Of a DNA stretch of 64,000 nt, positions 41,069-50,334 are shown piece after piece. The notes under the pieces are model-generated. The model was not told the DNA's origin and did no database searches. It worked only from the letters and a program-made list of their open reading frames with translations. Made by a program: the position numbers and the translations under genes. Within the stretch, counting starts at the first letter, position 1, and each line of letters opens with the position of its first letter. Source of the DNA: Anaerolineae bacterium (GTDB taxonomy: Bacteria > Chloroflexota > Anaerolineae > Aggregatilineales > Phototrophicaceae); contig DAOTWY010000040.1 in NCBI GenBank assembly GCA_034435635.1, positions 4,116-68,115 on the forward strand, written 5' to 3'.

Positions 41069-41941
41069 ATGACGAATTTATTCAAGCAATTGTCAGATGC
41101 AATGGCTGATACTGTGCAAGCGGTGTCTGCTGGGGTTGTTCGTGTAGAGGGGCGTAAGCGCATGGCGGCAACGGGTATCGCATGGCGTGATGATGTGATT
41201 GTCACGGCGCATCATGTGCTTCGCCGTGATGAAGGTATACAAGTCGGCTTGCCAGATGGTACGGTTGTTCCTGCAACGCTCATTGGGCGAGATCGTTATA
41301 CTGATTTAGCAGTTCTGAGGGTAAAAGCAGAGCTAACACCATTAACACAAGCCGCACATACACCAGTGGTTGGGCACTTAGCTCTCGCGCTCGCCAGACC
41401 AGGCGATCAGATTCAAGCAACGCTTGGTCTGGTTAGTGCAATCGGCAGTGGGCGCATGCAAGGCTTAATTCAAACTGATGTGCTGATGTATCCAGGGTTT
41501 TCCGGCGGACCATTGGTAGATGCTACTGGTACAGTTTTGGGGATGAACACCTCGGGCTTTTCACGCGGGGTTAGTATTGCTATTTACACAGAAACCATTA
41601 ACCATGTGGTCGATACATTGCTAGAGCATGGGCATATGCGCCAGGGATTTCTAGGTATCGGCGCGCAGCCTGTCCGCTTACCTGCCGCACAAGCGGAGAC
41701 ATTGAATCAAGAAACAGGCTTGATGATTGTTTCTATTGAGCCAGAAAGTCCAGCGGAGAAAGGTGGGCTAATGCTGGGCGATATTATTGTCACGTTGGAT
41801 GGTGAGCCAATCCCTCATCTGGATGCCTTGTTACTTCAGTTGAGTGGCAATCGTGTCGGGCATCAAGTTCCGGTTCAGGTTATACGCGGTGGTAGCTTGC
41901 AAGATGTTCCTGTCACCATTGCCGAAAAACCATCGCCATAA
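41069..41941 (+). CDS. Trypsin-like serine protease with PDZ domain (HtrA/S1C-like)
   Basis: Track ORF is 40925-41941. ATG 41069 is preferred because AGGAG lies at 41053-41057. The triad contexts are TAHHV, TDLAVL and GFSGGP. The C-terminal PDZ-like segment is GLMIVSIEPESPAEKGGLMLGDIIVTLDG. Confidence 0.8.
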   Translation: MTNLFKQLSDAMADTVQAVSAGVVRVEGRKRMAATGIAWRDDVIVTAHHVLRRDEGIQVGLPDGTVVPATLIGRDRYTDLAVLRVKAELTPLTQAAHTPVVGHLALALARPGDQIQATLGLVSAIGSGRMQGLIQTDVLMYPGFSGGPLVDATGTVLGMNTSGFSRGVSIAIYTETINHVVDTLLEHGHMRQGFLGIGAQPVRLPAAQAETLNQETGLMIVSIEPESPAEKGGLMLGDIIVTLDGEPIPHLDALLLQLSGNRVGHQVPVQVIRGGSLQDVPVTIAEKPSP

Positions 41942-41981
41942 TATGCACTTTCACAATCGCATATTGCTCACGTGGTAAGAC

Positions 41982-42040
41982 ATCCTGCACACTCATGTGC
42001 CCCCCCATACATAGGGTAACCAAACGCTAGTGTGCAGGAT
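41982..42040. repeat. 12-bp perfect inverted repeat (long hairpin) between convergent genes
   Basis: atcctgcacact (41982-41993) and agtgtgcaggat (42029-42040) are separated by 35 nt. Confidence 0.6.
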
Positions 42041-42067
42041 TTACCCCGTAGCAACTTTGGGTGAATG

Positions 42068-43216
42068 TTATTCTCCCAGTGCTGTCCAGGCAGGATATGA
42101 TTCCGCTGGTAACGCATTATTCTGGACTAACACCAATTGAGGAATACCCATGTCGGTGCTTGCCCATACACTGCGAGGAGAGACATCGCCATTACGGGTG
42201 TCTACGAAGAACAACGTATTGCCGTCCAGCGCAACAAAACCATCTTTTGTGCCATGGATTTGTGGATTGATAAACGCGCTTTGTAACACATCTGTCAGCG
42301 TGCCATCTCGATCAAGTATGCGCCAATGCACGGTGTTGGCTTCGTCACGCTCACGGATCAGCAATCGCTCTCCGTTTTGAATAAAATATACACCAGAGAT
42401 ATGACCGTCTGGGGTGTGGTATACCACCGTGTTATCAACCAATATCACATTGGAAGCTTCCCCCGTTTCCTGAGGTAACGCCGCAAACTGGGGGGCGTTA
42501 AGGGCATAAGCGTTTTCCCCTGTTACGGCAAAGTGATCCCTCACCAACGAGAAAGGCTGAGCAGATAAGCTGACACGATCTGTTCCAGAATCCCAAATAT
42601 ATGCCGGATACTGCGGTAGTATTTCCTCGTCATAGTTGATTGCTGCAAAGCTCACCTGTTCTCCATCAAAATCGAAAATGACCGGGATAATTAAATCCCA
42701 ATCAATAATCTGTGCGGGGGTGTTTTGGTAAGAGAGTTTCTCAATCACCGTGTCAATCTGATAATCCAGAATGACCACCTCCCAACCAAACTCACCGCCG
42801 GTAGCGCGCTCATCCAGCACATAACCGAAAGCTGCCCGGTTATGCGCTTCATCAAACATGGCTGCAACAGGGAACACATCTAACTGTGTGGCTTGTACGC
42901 TTGCAGGTAACGGGTAACCTGCGACATCACTCCGTATGGCAACATCATAAATAAACAATTGACGATTTGGTGTTTCTAGCATGGTATCGGATGCGATATA
43001 AGCAATATATCGCCCAGAAGCAGAGACGGCAATCTGTTGACTGATGCTGTTGTATGCCGGATTAAGTTCAATATGGATGGTTGCATTGGTTTCTCCAAAT
43101 GGATTGACCAGATATATCTGACCGTTGTTATAAACCCAGGATGTCCAACTATCCTGTGCTTGAACAACTGAAAGACTTAGAAGCAGTAAAATTACCGCAA
43201 CAAAGCGTTTAATCAC
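42068..43216 (-). CDS. Secreted hypothetical beta-rich protein
   Basis: The track ORF starts at GTG 43231. GTG 43216 is preferred because AAGGAG (43223-43228) lies 6 nt upstream and it yields the signal peptide (M)IKRFVAVILLLLSLSVVQAQ. No family recognised. Confidence 0.6.
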   Translation of the reverse strand: MIKRFVAVILLLLSLSVVQAQDSWTSWVYNNGQIYLVNPFGETNATIHIELNPAYNSISQQIAVSASGRYIAYIASDTMLETPNRQLFIYDVAIRSDVAGYPLPASVQATQLDVFPVAAMFDEAHNRAAFGYVLDERATGGEFGWEVVILDYQIDTVIEKLSYQNTPAQIIDWDLIIPVIFDFDGEQVSFAAINYDEEILPQYPAYIWDSGTDRVSLSAQPFSLVRDHFAVTGENAYALNAPQFAALPQETGEASNVILVDNTVVYHTPDGHISGVYFIQNGERLLIRERDEANTVHWRILDRDGTLTDVLQSAFINPQIHGTKDGFVALDGNTLFFVDTRNGDVSPRSVWASTDMGIPQLVLVQNNALPAESYPAWTALGE

Positions 43217-43357
43217 AGTTTGCTCCTTCACTTAAAACTGTTGCCTAAAACTGTTACCCCAATCATACCGCATGGTTTGGGGGTTTACTTTACGTCTTAC
43301 CTACGCCGTAGGGGAATAGCCGCTTTTTTTTGTGTAAAGCTCTTGCTAGGATAGGCG

Positions 43358-44890
43358 ATGTTTGTATCCTTAAACATAGATAAACAGCTTATGCGTTACT
43401 TTGTAGCTTTTATTCTCATTTTATTGTCGATGGGTAGTTATGCTAGCCAGCACTCCCAGGGGAATCCAACACCGATACCGGTGACTCCCATTGTGACATC
43501 ACAACCAACGGCTGTTCCTATCACGCCGCTTTTTACGTCTACACGAACACCTACGCCATCATTAACTTTTACACCGACGGCATCACCAACGCCGACACTG
43601 ACCCCTACACCCACACAACCATTATGGACACTGACTCCGGCGCGCCCTGCCAATATTCCGACATTTCAACATGTCCCTGCGTCGTTTTCTGCCAATGATG
43701 GGTGGAGTTGTGGGGATTTCCCTTGTGAGGATGATATTGCGGGGTTTCTCCAGCGTATTCAAGTGCCATCAGGATATGTGTTAAGTCATGTTGGACGCTT
43801 TCCGGGGCAGCCAATGCAAATCGCTTATGATGCAGATGGCAGACTCTATGGTACAGTCATAACTGATCCGGTAGCACGCACAGGAGCAGTGTATCGTTTG
43901 ATGGAAAATGGTGAGGCGCAGCAGGTTAGCCCTATTTTTGTCTCACCGGTTGGCTTGGCTTTTCAACCAGGGACAGATGTGCTGTACGTTAGCGGACGTG
44001 TGAGCTTAGAACAGGGTGGAGCGATTTGGCGTGTCGAAGAGGATGGTCAAACCAGTGTAGTGGTTGGCGATTTACCCTGTTGCTTTCAGATCATTGATAA
44101 TCAACCGAATGGCATGGTATTTGGTTCTGATGGCTTGCTTTATATCGGCGTAGGATCGTTGAGCGATCATGCTGAACCGATTAACCCAGCGACTGAGCGC
44201 AACCGCGAACTTGTCCCACTAGAAGCGTCGATCTTGCGTATTAATCCACATACAGGAGAAGTTAGTGTATATGCGGAAGGTATCCGTAATCCCTATGATG
44301 TGACTTTTGACTCGCAAGGGCAGCTTTATGCAACGGATAATGGGTTGCTATCTGGCGCAGGTGACCGTGTGTTACAGGTGGATTCCGGCGGGCATTATGG
44401 ATGGCCCTATTGGCGGGGGCGTGGGTGTGAAGAGTGCCCTTTGCCCACCCGTGCTATTGATATTCAACCGGATTGGGTGCGCTTTCCAGATTATACTTTG
44501 CCGCGTGGTATTGTTGCCTACACCGGTAACCAGTTCCCGCCCAATGTGTTTGACAGCATTTTTGTGGCTTTATGGCATAACACGCCCAATGCTCAACGGA
44601 TTGTGCGGATTGACCCTGCAACAGTGCCTACTGATCCAGAATTATTGCGGACGTATGAACCCGAACCCTTTGTTACTGGGTTAATCCGCCCGGTGGATGT
44701 GGTTGTTGCACCAGATGGGGGGCTAGTTATAGCGGATTTTGTTTATGGGCATGTTTGGCGGGTGGATTTTGCTGGGTTGGAGGCTGTTGGTCCGCTACCA
44801 GCTGGCTTTTCACCAGTTACAGCAGAAGCAACTGAAGCTGTTCAACCGGCTGAGTCATCAATTTTTGTTACGTCCACCCCACGCCCATAA
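43358..44890 (+). CDS. PQQ-dependent sugar dehydrogenase-like beta-propeller with N-terminal PT-rich linker
   Basis: N-terminal anchor/signal (the start may instead be the Met of MRYFVAF at 43391) and a ~60-aa PT linker. Propeller motifs are GIRNPYDVTFDSQGQLYATDNG and GGHYGWPYW. Confidence 0.7.
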   Translation: MFVSLNIDKQLMRYFVAFILILLSMGSYASQHSQGNPTPIPVTPIVTSQPTAVPITPLFTSTRTPTPSLTFTPTASPTPTLTPTPTQPLWTLTPARPANIPTFQHVPASFSANDGWSCGDFPCEDDIAGFLQRIQVPSGYVLSHVGRFPGQPMQIAYDADGRLYGTVITDPVARTGAVYRLMENGEAQQVSPIFVSPVGLAFQPGTDVLYVSGRVSLEQGGAIWRVEEDGQTSVVVGDLPCCFQIIDNQPNGMVFGSDGLLYIGVGSLSDHAEPINPATERNRELVPLEASILRINPHTGEVSVYAEGIRNPYDVTFDSQGQLYATDNGLLSGAGDRVLQVDSGGHYGWPYWRGRGCEECPLPTRAIDIQPDWVRFPDYTLPRGIVAYTGNQFPPNVFDSIFVALWHNTPNAQRIVRIDPATVPTDPELLRTYEPEPFVTGLIRPVDVVVAPDGGLVIADFVYGHVWRVDFAGLEAVGPLPAGFSPVTAEATEAVQPAESSIFVTSTPRP

Positions 44891-44897
44891 TTTGAGA

Positions 44898-45860
44898 TTA
44901 AAGTGTGGGATAATCCAGAAACAAAACTTCTAACGCTAGCCGTAGGTTAAGGCTGATTCCAAGCTGACGTTGAAAAGTCTGTGTTGCGCGTATAGCTTTT
45001 AATACATCTGCACGGGTGATCTGATAGGCGAATTGTTCTAACGTCGCTTGACGATCAATGTTGCAAACTTTGACCGGGCTGCCTTCAATCATCAGCAGCA
45101 AATCACGCCAATACGTTAACCATAAATCAATTAGTGGTATTAAAGCGAGCTTGTCTTTACTGAGGTCATCTGCTATGTGGAAACGTTCAATGCGGTTCGC
45201 GCGGATAATCCCGTCCAGAAGGTCAAGTGCTTGGGTGCGCTGCTCTAAAATGGTGGGGTCTTGTGCCGCTTGTATTGCCCAGCCAATCCGCCCCCCGCTA
45301 AACCGTCCGAGCAATGTCGCTGTTTCCTCATCGGTATGATAGTGCTGTATTAGGGTATCCCGAATCACAGCCGCTTCTACTGGACGTAGATAGATTGTTT
45401 GCACACGGCTGGTTATGGTAGAAAGCAGGTTTTCTGTGGATTCAGCTAATAAGATCAAAATGGCATAGGGTGGGGGTTCTTCTAGTGTTTTGAGCAGGGC
45501 ATCCTGTGCGCGCGGTTGTGCATGGTCAAAATCTTGAAAGATGGCGATGCGATACCGCCCTTCATAGGGCTTCATGGCGATGCGATTTGCGACAGCACGA
45601 ATAGACTCAATCTTCAGGGTTCCGGTACGTGGGTCTGTTTCAGAATAGATAATATCTGGGTGATTGCCGGTCATAATGCGTTTGCGGCATCGTTCATCTT
45701 GACAGTTAAGCGCAATGGCGAAAGCATGGGCAAGGGTATTCTTACCAATAGAAGATGTGCCAGTAAACAAATAAGCATGACGGATGCGATTATTTTGCAT
45801 CCCACGTTGAAGATATTCCACTGCCCAATCGTGCCCGTGAATACCCCATGAATTACTCAT
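44898..45860 (-). CDS. holB: DNA polymerase III subunit delta'
   Basis: Motifs HAYLFTGTSSIGKNTLA and LLKTLEEPP, with a clamp-loader AAA+ layout. 320 aa. Confidence 0.85.
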   Translation of the reverse strand: MSNSWGIHGHDWAVEYLQRGMQNNRIRHAYLFTGTSSIGKNTLAHAFAIALNCQDERCRKRIMTGNHPDIIYSETDPRTGTLKIESIRAVANRIAMKPYEGRYRIAIFQDFDHAQPRAQDALLKTLEEPPPYAILILLAESTENLLSTITSRVQTIYLRPVEAAVIRDTLIQHYHTDEETATLLGRFSGGRIGWAIQAAQDPTILEQRTQALDLLDGIIRANRIERFHIADDLSKDKLALIPLIDLWLTYWRDLLLMIEGSPVKVCNIDRQATLEQFAYQITRADVLKAIRATQTFQRQLGISLNLRLALEVLFLDYPTL

Positions 45861-46312
45861 ATCGCTGCTAACACCTGTTTGATCTGATCAACATGTAACC
45901 AACCATGATCACCAAAATAACTGACGAGGCTCCCTAATGAGATGATACCACGTTCAGGATGATGCCCGGTGCGTTCCAAATCAGCAGGGGAAAGTGATTC
46001 AAGCAACCGTGCTAATCGTAAATGTACACCACGGATAATCGCAAGGGATTCATCGATTTCTGCGTGGGTAGAATCCGCGGTTTTTGCCCAGTCATCTTGT
46101 TCAAATGGTTTGAGCATGGGATGATCTTCTAGCAGAATCAGCTTAAAGCGGATGAACAAATTCATTTGTGAATCTGCTAAATGATGGATATTTTGGGCGA
46201 TTGTCCATTCCCCAGGGATGTAAGGGGTCGTTAGTTGTTCTGCCGTTAAGTGTTGAACTAGTGTTTCTAAAGCATTTGGTAGAGACCGAATGCGTTCGAT
46301 TGGCTCTTGCAT
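45857..46312 (-). CDS. DinB/YfiT-like metal-dependent protein, paralog 1
   Basis: Motif NIHHLADSQMN with later His residues. The stop overlaps the holB start by 4 nt. Confidence 0.75.
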   Translation of the reverse strand: MQEPIERIRSLPNALETLVQHLTAEQLTTPYIPGEWTIAQNIHHLADSQMNLFIRFKLILLEDHPMLKPFEQDDWAKTADSTHAEIDESLAIIRGVHLRLARLLESLSPADLERTGHHPERGIISLGSLVSYFGDHGWLHVDQIKQVLAAI

Positions 46313-46791
46313 TAAAATGCTCCTGCATGACGAATTGCTTGGATTTGCTCTAGGTGTTCTTCACCATGTTGTGCATAAGAATACAACACGTCATACAGAA
46401 TCACATCCCCGATTTGGCGATGATGTGCTGGGCGCAACCAATCTGTATCTGGGATATTTTCCATCAGATAAGCCCAGTGATGATGCAATCCAGCTAATAA
46501 GGTTAGGCTATCATGCAGCTCAGCTTTGGTTGCTTCTGGAGTGGTTGCCCATAAATCTTGGTCAAAAGGTGGAATATGTGGGTTATCCTCTAAGAGGATA
46601 CGCTTGAAGCGATAATAAGCGTTCATGTGAGCATCTGCCAGATGATGCACGATCTGGGCGATTGTCCATTCGTGCGGGTCAACTCGTGTGGTCAGTTGCT
46701 CTGGAGATAAATCCTGTACAGCTTGTCTTAAACGAGATGGAAATTGACGAATTTTCTTAATGAGTTTTTGGCGTTCTTCTGGTGTTGGCAT
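46312..46791 (-). CDS. DinB/YfiT-like metal-dependent protein, paralog 2
   Basis: Motif IVHHLADAHMN. It is collinear with paralog 1 and shares 1 nt with the downstream start. Confidence 0.75.
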   Translation of the reverse strand: MPTPEERQKLIKKIRQFPSRLRQAVQDLSPEQLTTRVDPHEWTIAQIVHHLADAHMNAYYRFKRILLEDNPHIPPFDQDLWATTPEATKAELHDSLTLLAGLHHHWAYLMENIPDTDWLRPAHHRQIGDVILYDVLYSYAQHGEEHLEQIQAIRHAGAF

Positions 46792-46878
46792 AAATTGCTC
46801 TCATCAGGATATAATTTAAGCGTTTCGACGGAGCTAGATCAGTAACTTAAACCTATCATATCATAATTAGGATGACAC

Positions 46879-47256
46879 ATGAGTAAACAATTTTTGATTG
46901 AGAATGCTAAAAAAGAAGGTGTTGTTGTCACCGAGAGCGGCTTACAATACCAAGTTGTTGTACAAGGCACAGGTCCTAAACCGGCAGATGCCAATGCAGA
47001 AGTAGAAGTACATTATAAAGGGATGCTGATTGATGGAACAGTTTTTGATAGCTCTTATGATCGTGGGGAGACGATTACGTTCTTTTTGAATCAGGTTATT
47101 CCTGGATGGACAGAAGGGGTACAACTAATGCCTACTGGCTCCAAATATGTCTTCTATATTCCTTCAGAACTAGGATATGGTGCGCGTGGTGTGCCGGGGG
47201 TGATTCCGCCGAATGCGACATTAATTTTTGAAGTTGAATTAATAAAGGTATGGTAA
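46879..47256 (+). CDS. FKBP-type peptidyl-prolyl cis-trans isomerase
   Basis: [41 protein letters not shown]...YGARG...[13 protein letters not shown]. Confidence 0.88.
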   Translation: MSKQFLIENAKKEGVVVTESGLQYQVVVQGTGPKPADANAEVEVHYKGMLIDGTVFDSSYDRGETITFFLNQVIPGWTEGVQLMPTGSKYVFYIPSELGYGARGVPGVIPPNATLIFEVELIKVW

Positions 47257-47259
47257 TTC

Positions 47260-48570
47260 ATGTTTCCAAAGGATTTTGTTTGGGGCGCGGCAACTGCGTC
47301 TTATCAAATTGAAGGGGCAGTCAATGAGGACGGGCGTGTACCGTCTATTTGGGATACATTCAGTGCTACCCCAGGTAATGTTGAAAATGGCGATACTGGC
47401 GCAGTTGCTTGTGACCACTACCATCGCTATAAGGAAGACGTTGCCTTGATGAAACAGCTTGGCTTAAAGGCATATCGCTTTTCGATCGCATGGGGGCGAG
47501 TATTGAACGGGCAGCAAGTGAACCAACGTGGGTTGGATTTTTATAGCCGCTTAGTGGATGAGTTGTTAGCTGCTCATATTCAACCTTGGGTTACGCTATA
47601 TCATTGGGATTTACCCCAAAATTTACAAGATGAAGGCGGGTGGACAAACCGCGCCATTGTGGAAAAATTTGCACATTATGCCGATGTTGTCACGCGGGCA
47701 TTAGGGGATCGGGTTAAGCATTGGATTACGTTTAATGAACCCTGGGTTTTTACCTATTTGGGATATGGCATTGGGTATCATGCGCCGGGAATATCTAGCT
47801 TGCCGGCTTATTTAAGCGCAGCACACCACTTTTTGTTATCTCATGCGCGTTCCGTGCCAATTATCCGGGGGAATTCACCGGATTCAAAAGTGGGTGTTAC
47901 CTTAGATATTTCTCAGCCAGAAGGTGATCCCCGTGCGGTTGCACGTCAACGAGATTTTCATAATCACTGGTTTTTGGACCCAATTTATTTTGGGGAATAT
48001 CCTCAAGAATTGTTTACTGTTTATCAAGAAATGGGGTATTTACCGGATATTCAAGATGGCGATCTGGAAGCAATACAAGGCAAGCCGGACTTTTTAGGTA
48101 TCAATTATTATACACGGCAAGTGGTGGAATATGATGAATCTGACCCATTACATTTGACCCGCTGGGTACATCAACCGGAGAGCGAATATACTGAAATGGG
48201 TTGGGAAGTTGCGCCGGAAAGCATTTATCGTATGTTGAAGTATATCAACGACCGATATGCTCCTGATGCCATGGTCATCACGGAAAATGGTGCAGCATTT
48301 GCCGATGAAGTCAGTGATGATGGACAGGTACATGATCCACGCCGTGTTGCGTTTTATGATGCGTATCTCCGTAATTGTTTGCGGGCGATTCAAGAAGGTG
48401 TTCCGTTAAAAGGCTACTTTGCTTGGTCATTGTTAGATAATTTTGAATGGGCATTTGGGTATAGCAAGCGATTTGGCATCATTTATGTGGATTATGAAAC
48501 ACAACAGCGCATCCCGAAGGATAGTGCGAAGTGGTATAGTCAGTTAATTAAACGCAATGGATTTGAATAA
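47260..48570 (+). CDS. GH1 beta-glucosidase
   Basis: N-terminal FPKDFVWGAATASYQIEGA, acid/base TFNEPW, nucleophile ITENGAA. Confidence 0.92.
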   Translation: MFPKDFVWGAATASYQIEGAVNEDGRVPSIWDTFSATPGNVENGDTGAVACDHYHRYKEDVALMKQLGLKAYRFSIAWGRVLNGQQVNQRGLDFYSRLVDELLAAHIQPWVTLYHWDLPQNLQDEGGWTNRAIVEKFAHYADVVTRALGDRVKHWITFNEPWVFTYLGYGIGYHAPGISSLPAYLSAAHHFLLSHARSVPIIRGNSPDSKVGVTLDISQPEGDPRAVARQRDFHNHWFLDPIYFGEYPQELFTVYQEMGYLPDIQDGDLEAIQGKPDFLGINYYTRQVVEYDESDPLHLTRWVHQPESEYTEMGWEVAPESIYRMLKYINDRYAPDAMVITENGAAFADEVSDDGQVHDPRRVAFYDAYLRNCLRAIQEGVPLKGYFAWSLLDNFEWAFGYSKRFGIIYVDYETQQRIPKDSAKWYSQLIKRNGFE

Positions 48571-49457
48571 TGTCAGTAATCCGAACACCAGACGAACGAT
48601 TTGAGAATTTACCAGGCTATCATTTTGCGCCACATTATCTCACGTTAAATAATGGGTTACGGATGCACTATGTTGATGTTGGGCAGGGGGATAGTGTGTT
48701 CCTCTGCCTACATGGCGAACCAACATGGTCATATCTTTATCGCAAGATGATTCCAATTTTAGCGCAGGCTGGGCGGGTTATTGCACCAGATATGATCGGC
48801 TTTGGGCGGTCAGATAAATTCACAGAGATGGAAGAATACAGCATTCAGATGCTGTATGACACAATGGGGGAGTTTATTCAGAGGCTAAATTTGACCAATA
48901 TCACATTGGTGTGCCAGGATTATGGCGGTGTGATTGGGTTGCCATTGGCAGTCACGCTGGATGAACGTTTTGCACGGTTGGTTATTATGAACACAGCTTT
49001 GCCCACTGGAGATCGCCCCGTGAGCGAAGGATTTAAGCAATGGCGTGATTTTGTCAGCCGTGTTGGGCGGGAGATGGTTCCTAGCAAATTGATGGAGATC
49101 AGTTGTGTCAAAAAGGAACAATTGAATGATGAAATTTTAGCGGCTTATGATGCACCATTCCCTGATGCAAGTTATAAAGCTGCAATTGCGGCATTGCCCT
49201 TACTTATTCCAACTGAGATCGATTCGCCTTTTGCTGAAAAAGAACGTCAAACCCGTGAAGCACTGAAGACGTGGCATAAACCTGCTTTAGTGATGTTTTC
49301 AGATAGCGATCCGGTTACTATGGGGGGAGACCGCTTTTTCCGCAAGCTGATTCCTACTGCTAAAAATTATCCTGAAATAACAATCCAAAACGCCGGGCAC
49401 TTTTTACAAGAAGAGAGCGGGGAAGAAATTGCTCACACCATTTTAGAATATCTCTAA
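48570..49457 (+). CDS. Haloalkane dehalogenase-like alpha/beta hydrolase (DhlA type)
   Basis: IRTPDERFENLPGY and LCLHGEPTWSYLYRKMIP are nearly identical to the Xanthobacter DhlA N-terminal region. The nucleophile context is VCQDYGG and the His is in NAGHFLQEE. The start overlaps the bgl stop (TAATG). Confidence 0.8.
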   Translation: MSVIRTPDERFENLPGYHFAPHYLTLNNGLRMHYVDVGQGDSVFLCLHGEPTWSYLYRKMIPILAQAGRVIAPDMIGFGRSDKFTEMEEYSIQMLYDTMGEFIQRLNLTNITLVCQDYGGVIGLPLAVTLDERFARLVIMNTALPTGDRPVSEGFKQWRDFVSRVGREMVPSKLMEISCVKKEQLNDEILAAYDAPFPDASYKAAIAALPLLIPTEIDSPFAEKERQTREALKTWHKPALVMFSDSDPVTMGGDRFFRKLIPTAKNYPEITIQNAGHFLQEESGEEIAHTILEYL

Positions 49458-49498
49458 CAAAAAATGTATAAACTCAGATTAAACAAAAGGATAATCTG

Positions 49499-49723
49499 AT
49501 GCGAATTTTTAAAGAGATGGCAATATTAGGATTGGCTTTTTTTGCAGCACTGTATTTGATGTTCCCGTCACTGATCCCAGATTTCCTACCATTGATTGGT
49601 TGGATCGATGAAGGGGTTTGTACGTTAATTTTAGCAAACACAGCAAGCTATTATGGAATCAACCTAACAAATCTCTATGGGCGGGCGGGAACACGAGTAG
49701 TTAAGCGGCGACAAAAAAAATAA
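49499..49723 (+). CDS. DUF1232 (YkvA-like) small membrane protein
   Basis: Motif LIPDFLPLIGWIDEG, preceded by a hydrophobic helix. Confidence 0.65.
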   Translation: MRIFKEMAILGLAFFAALYLMFPSLIPDFLPLIGWIDEGVCTLILANTASYYGINLTNLYGRAGTRVVKRRQKK

Positions 49724-49792
49724 ACACCAATAGGTGCGTTTTTATAGATTAGGATAACGGACAAAATAGACACATACCCATATTATTAATGA

Positions 49793-50206
49793 TTAGGTTT
49801 TTGGCGAATCGTTATTTGATGAGTTGTTTTGTTGATGCTGTTGGGCGATGAATTCGCGGGCTTCCTCAAGATTATCTGTCATATGCAGGAAACGATTGGA
49901 ATCCCGCCAATAGGTGCGGTTGATGACATTGACTAAGGCACGTACAACGGTGTTCCCTCCTGCTACCACAATCACGTCCACAACAGTATGAAACTGCTGC
50001 AACAATTGGTGCGCATTAGCAACCGATTGAGGCGGGATGATGATATTGTGTGGAATATTGAGGATCACACCAATTGGATGGGTTGATTCTTTTTCAATCA
50101 ATTGTTGTGTAACGGATTGTGTCTTAAAAAAATCTTCCCAAGACCATAGTTCCGGGAAATCATATCGGATGATATGGTTATCTTCCCATGTGATGCGTAT
50201 ATTCAA
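49793..50206 (-). CDS. Hypothetical protein
   Basis: 137-aa ORF with a Q/N/S-rich C-terminal tail. No family recognised. Confidence 0.5.
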   Translation of the reverse strand: MNIRITWEDNHIIRYDFPELWSWEDFFKTQSVTQQLIEKESTHPIGVILNIPHNIIIPPQSVANAHQLLQQFHTVVDVIVVAGGNTVVRALVNVINRTYWRDSNRFLHMTDNLEEAREFIAQQHQQNNSSNNDSPKT

Positions 50207-50334
50207 GTGTCCTCCATATTTTTGCTTTGGTTAATAAACCTCATACAGCAGCCATTATATTTGTAAATCGTTTAAATTACAATTGAATTTGGTTTAAGTG
50301 GGACAAATGTCCCTGTGTGATTTGTGTTAACTAA

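Noticed and set aside
43324-43331. T8 run upstream of gene 43358, considered as a plus-strand terminator or attenuator
   Set aside because: No stable GC stem immediately precedes the T-run, and no plus-strand gene ends upstream. It is probably just promoter-region AT richness.
46879-49457. The FKBP, GH1 beta-glucosidase and dehalogenase-like genes considered as a dedicated pathway cluster
   Set aside because: Tight spacing suggests co-transcription, but I know of no biochemical link between the three families. I noted it under the dehalogenase finding and did not raise it as a system.
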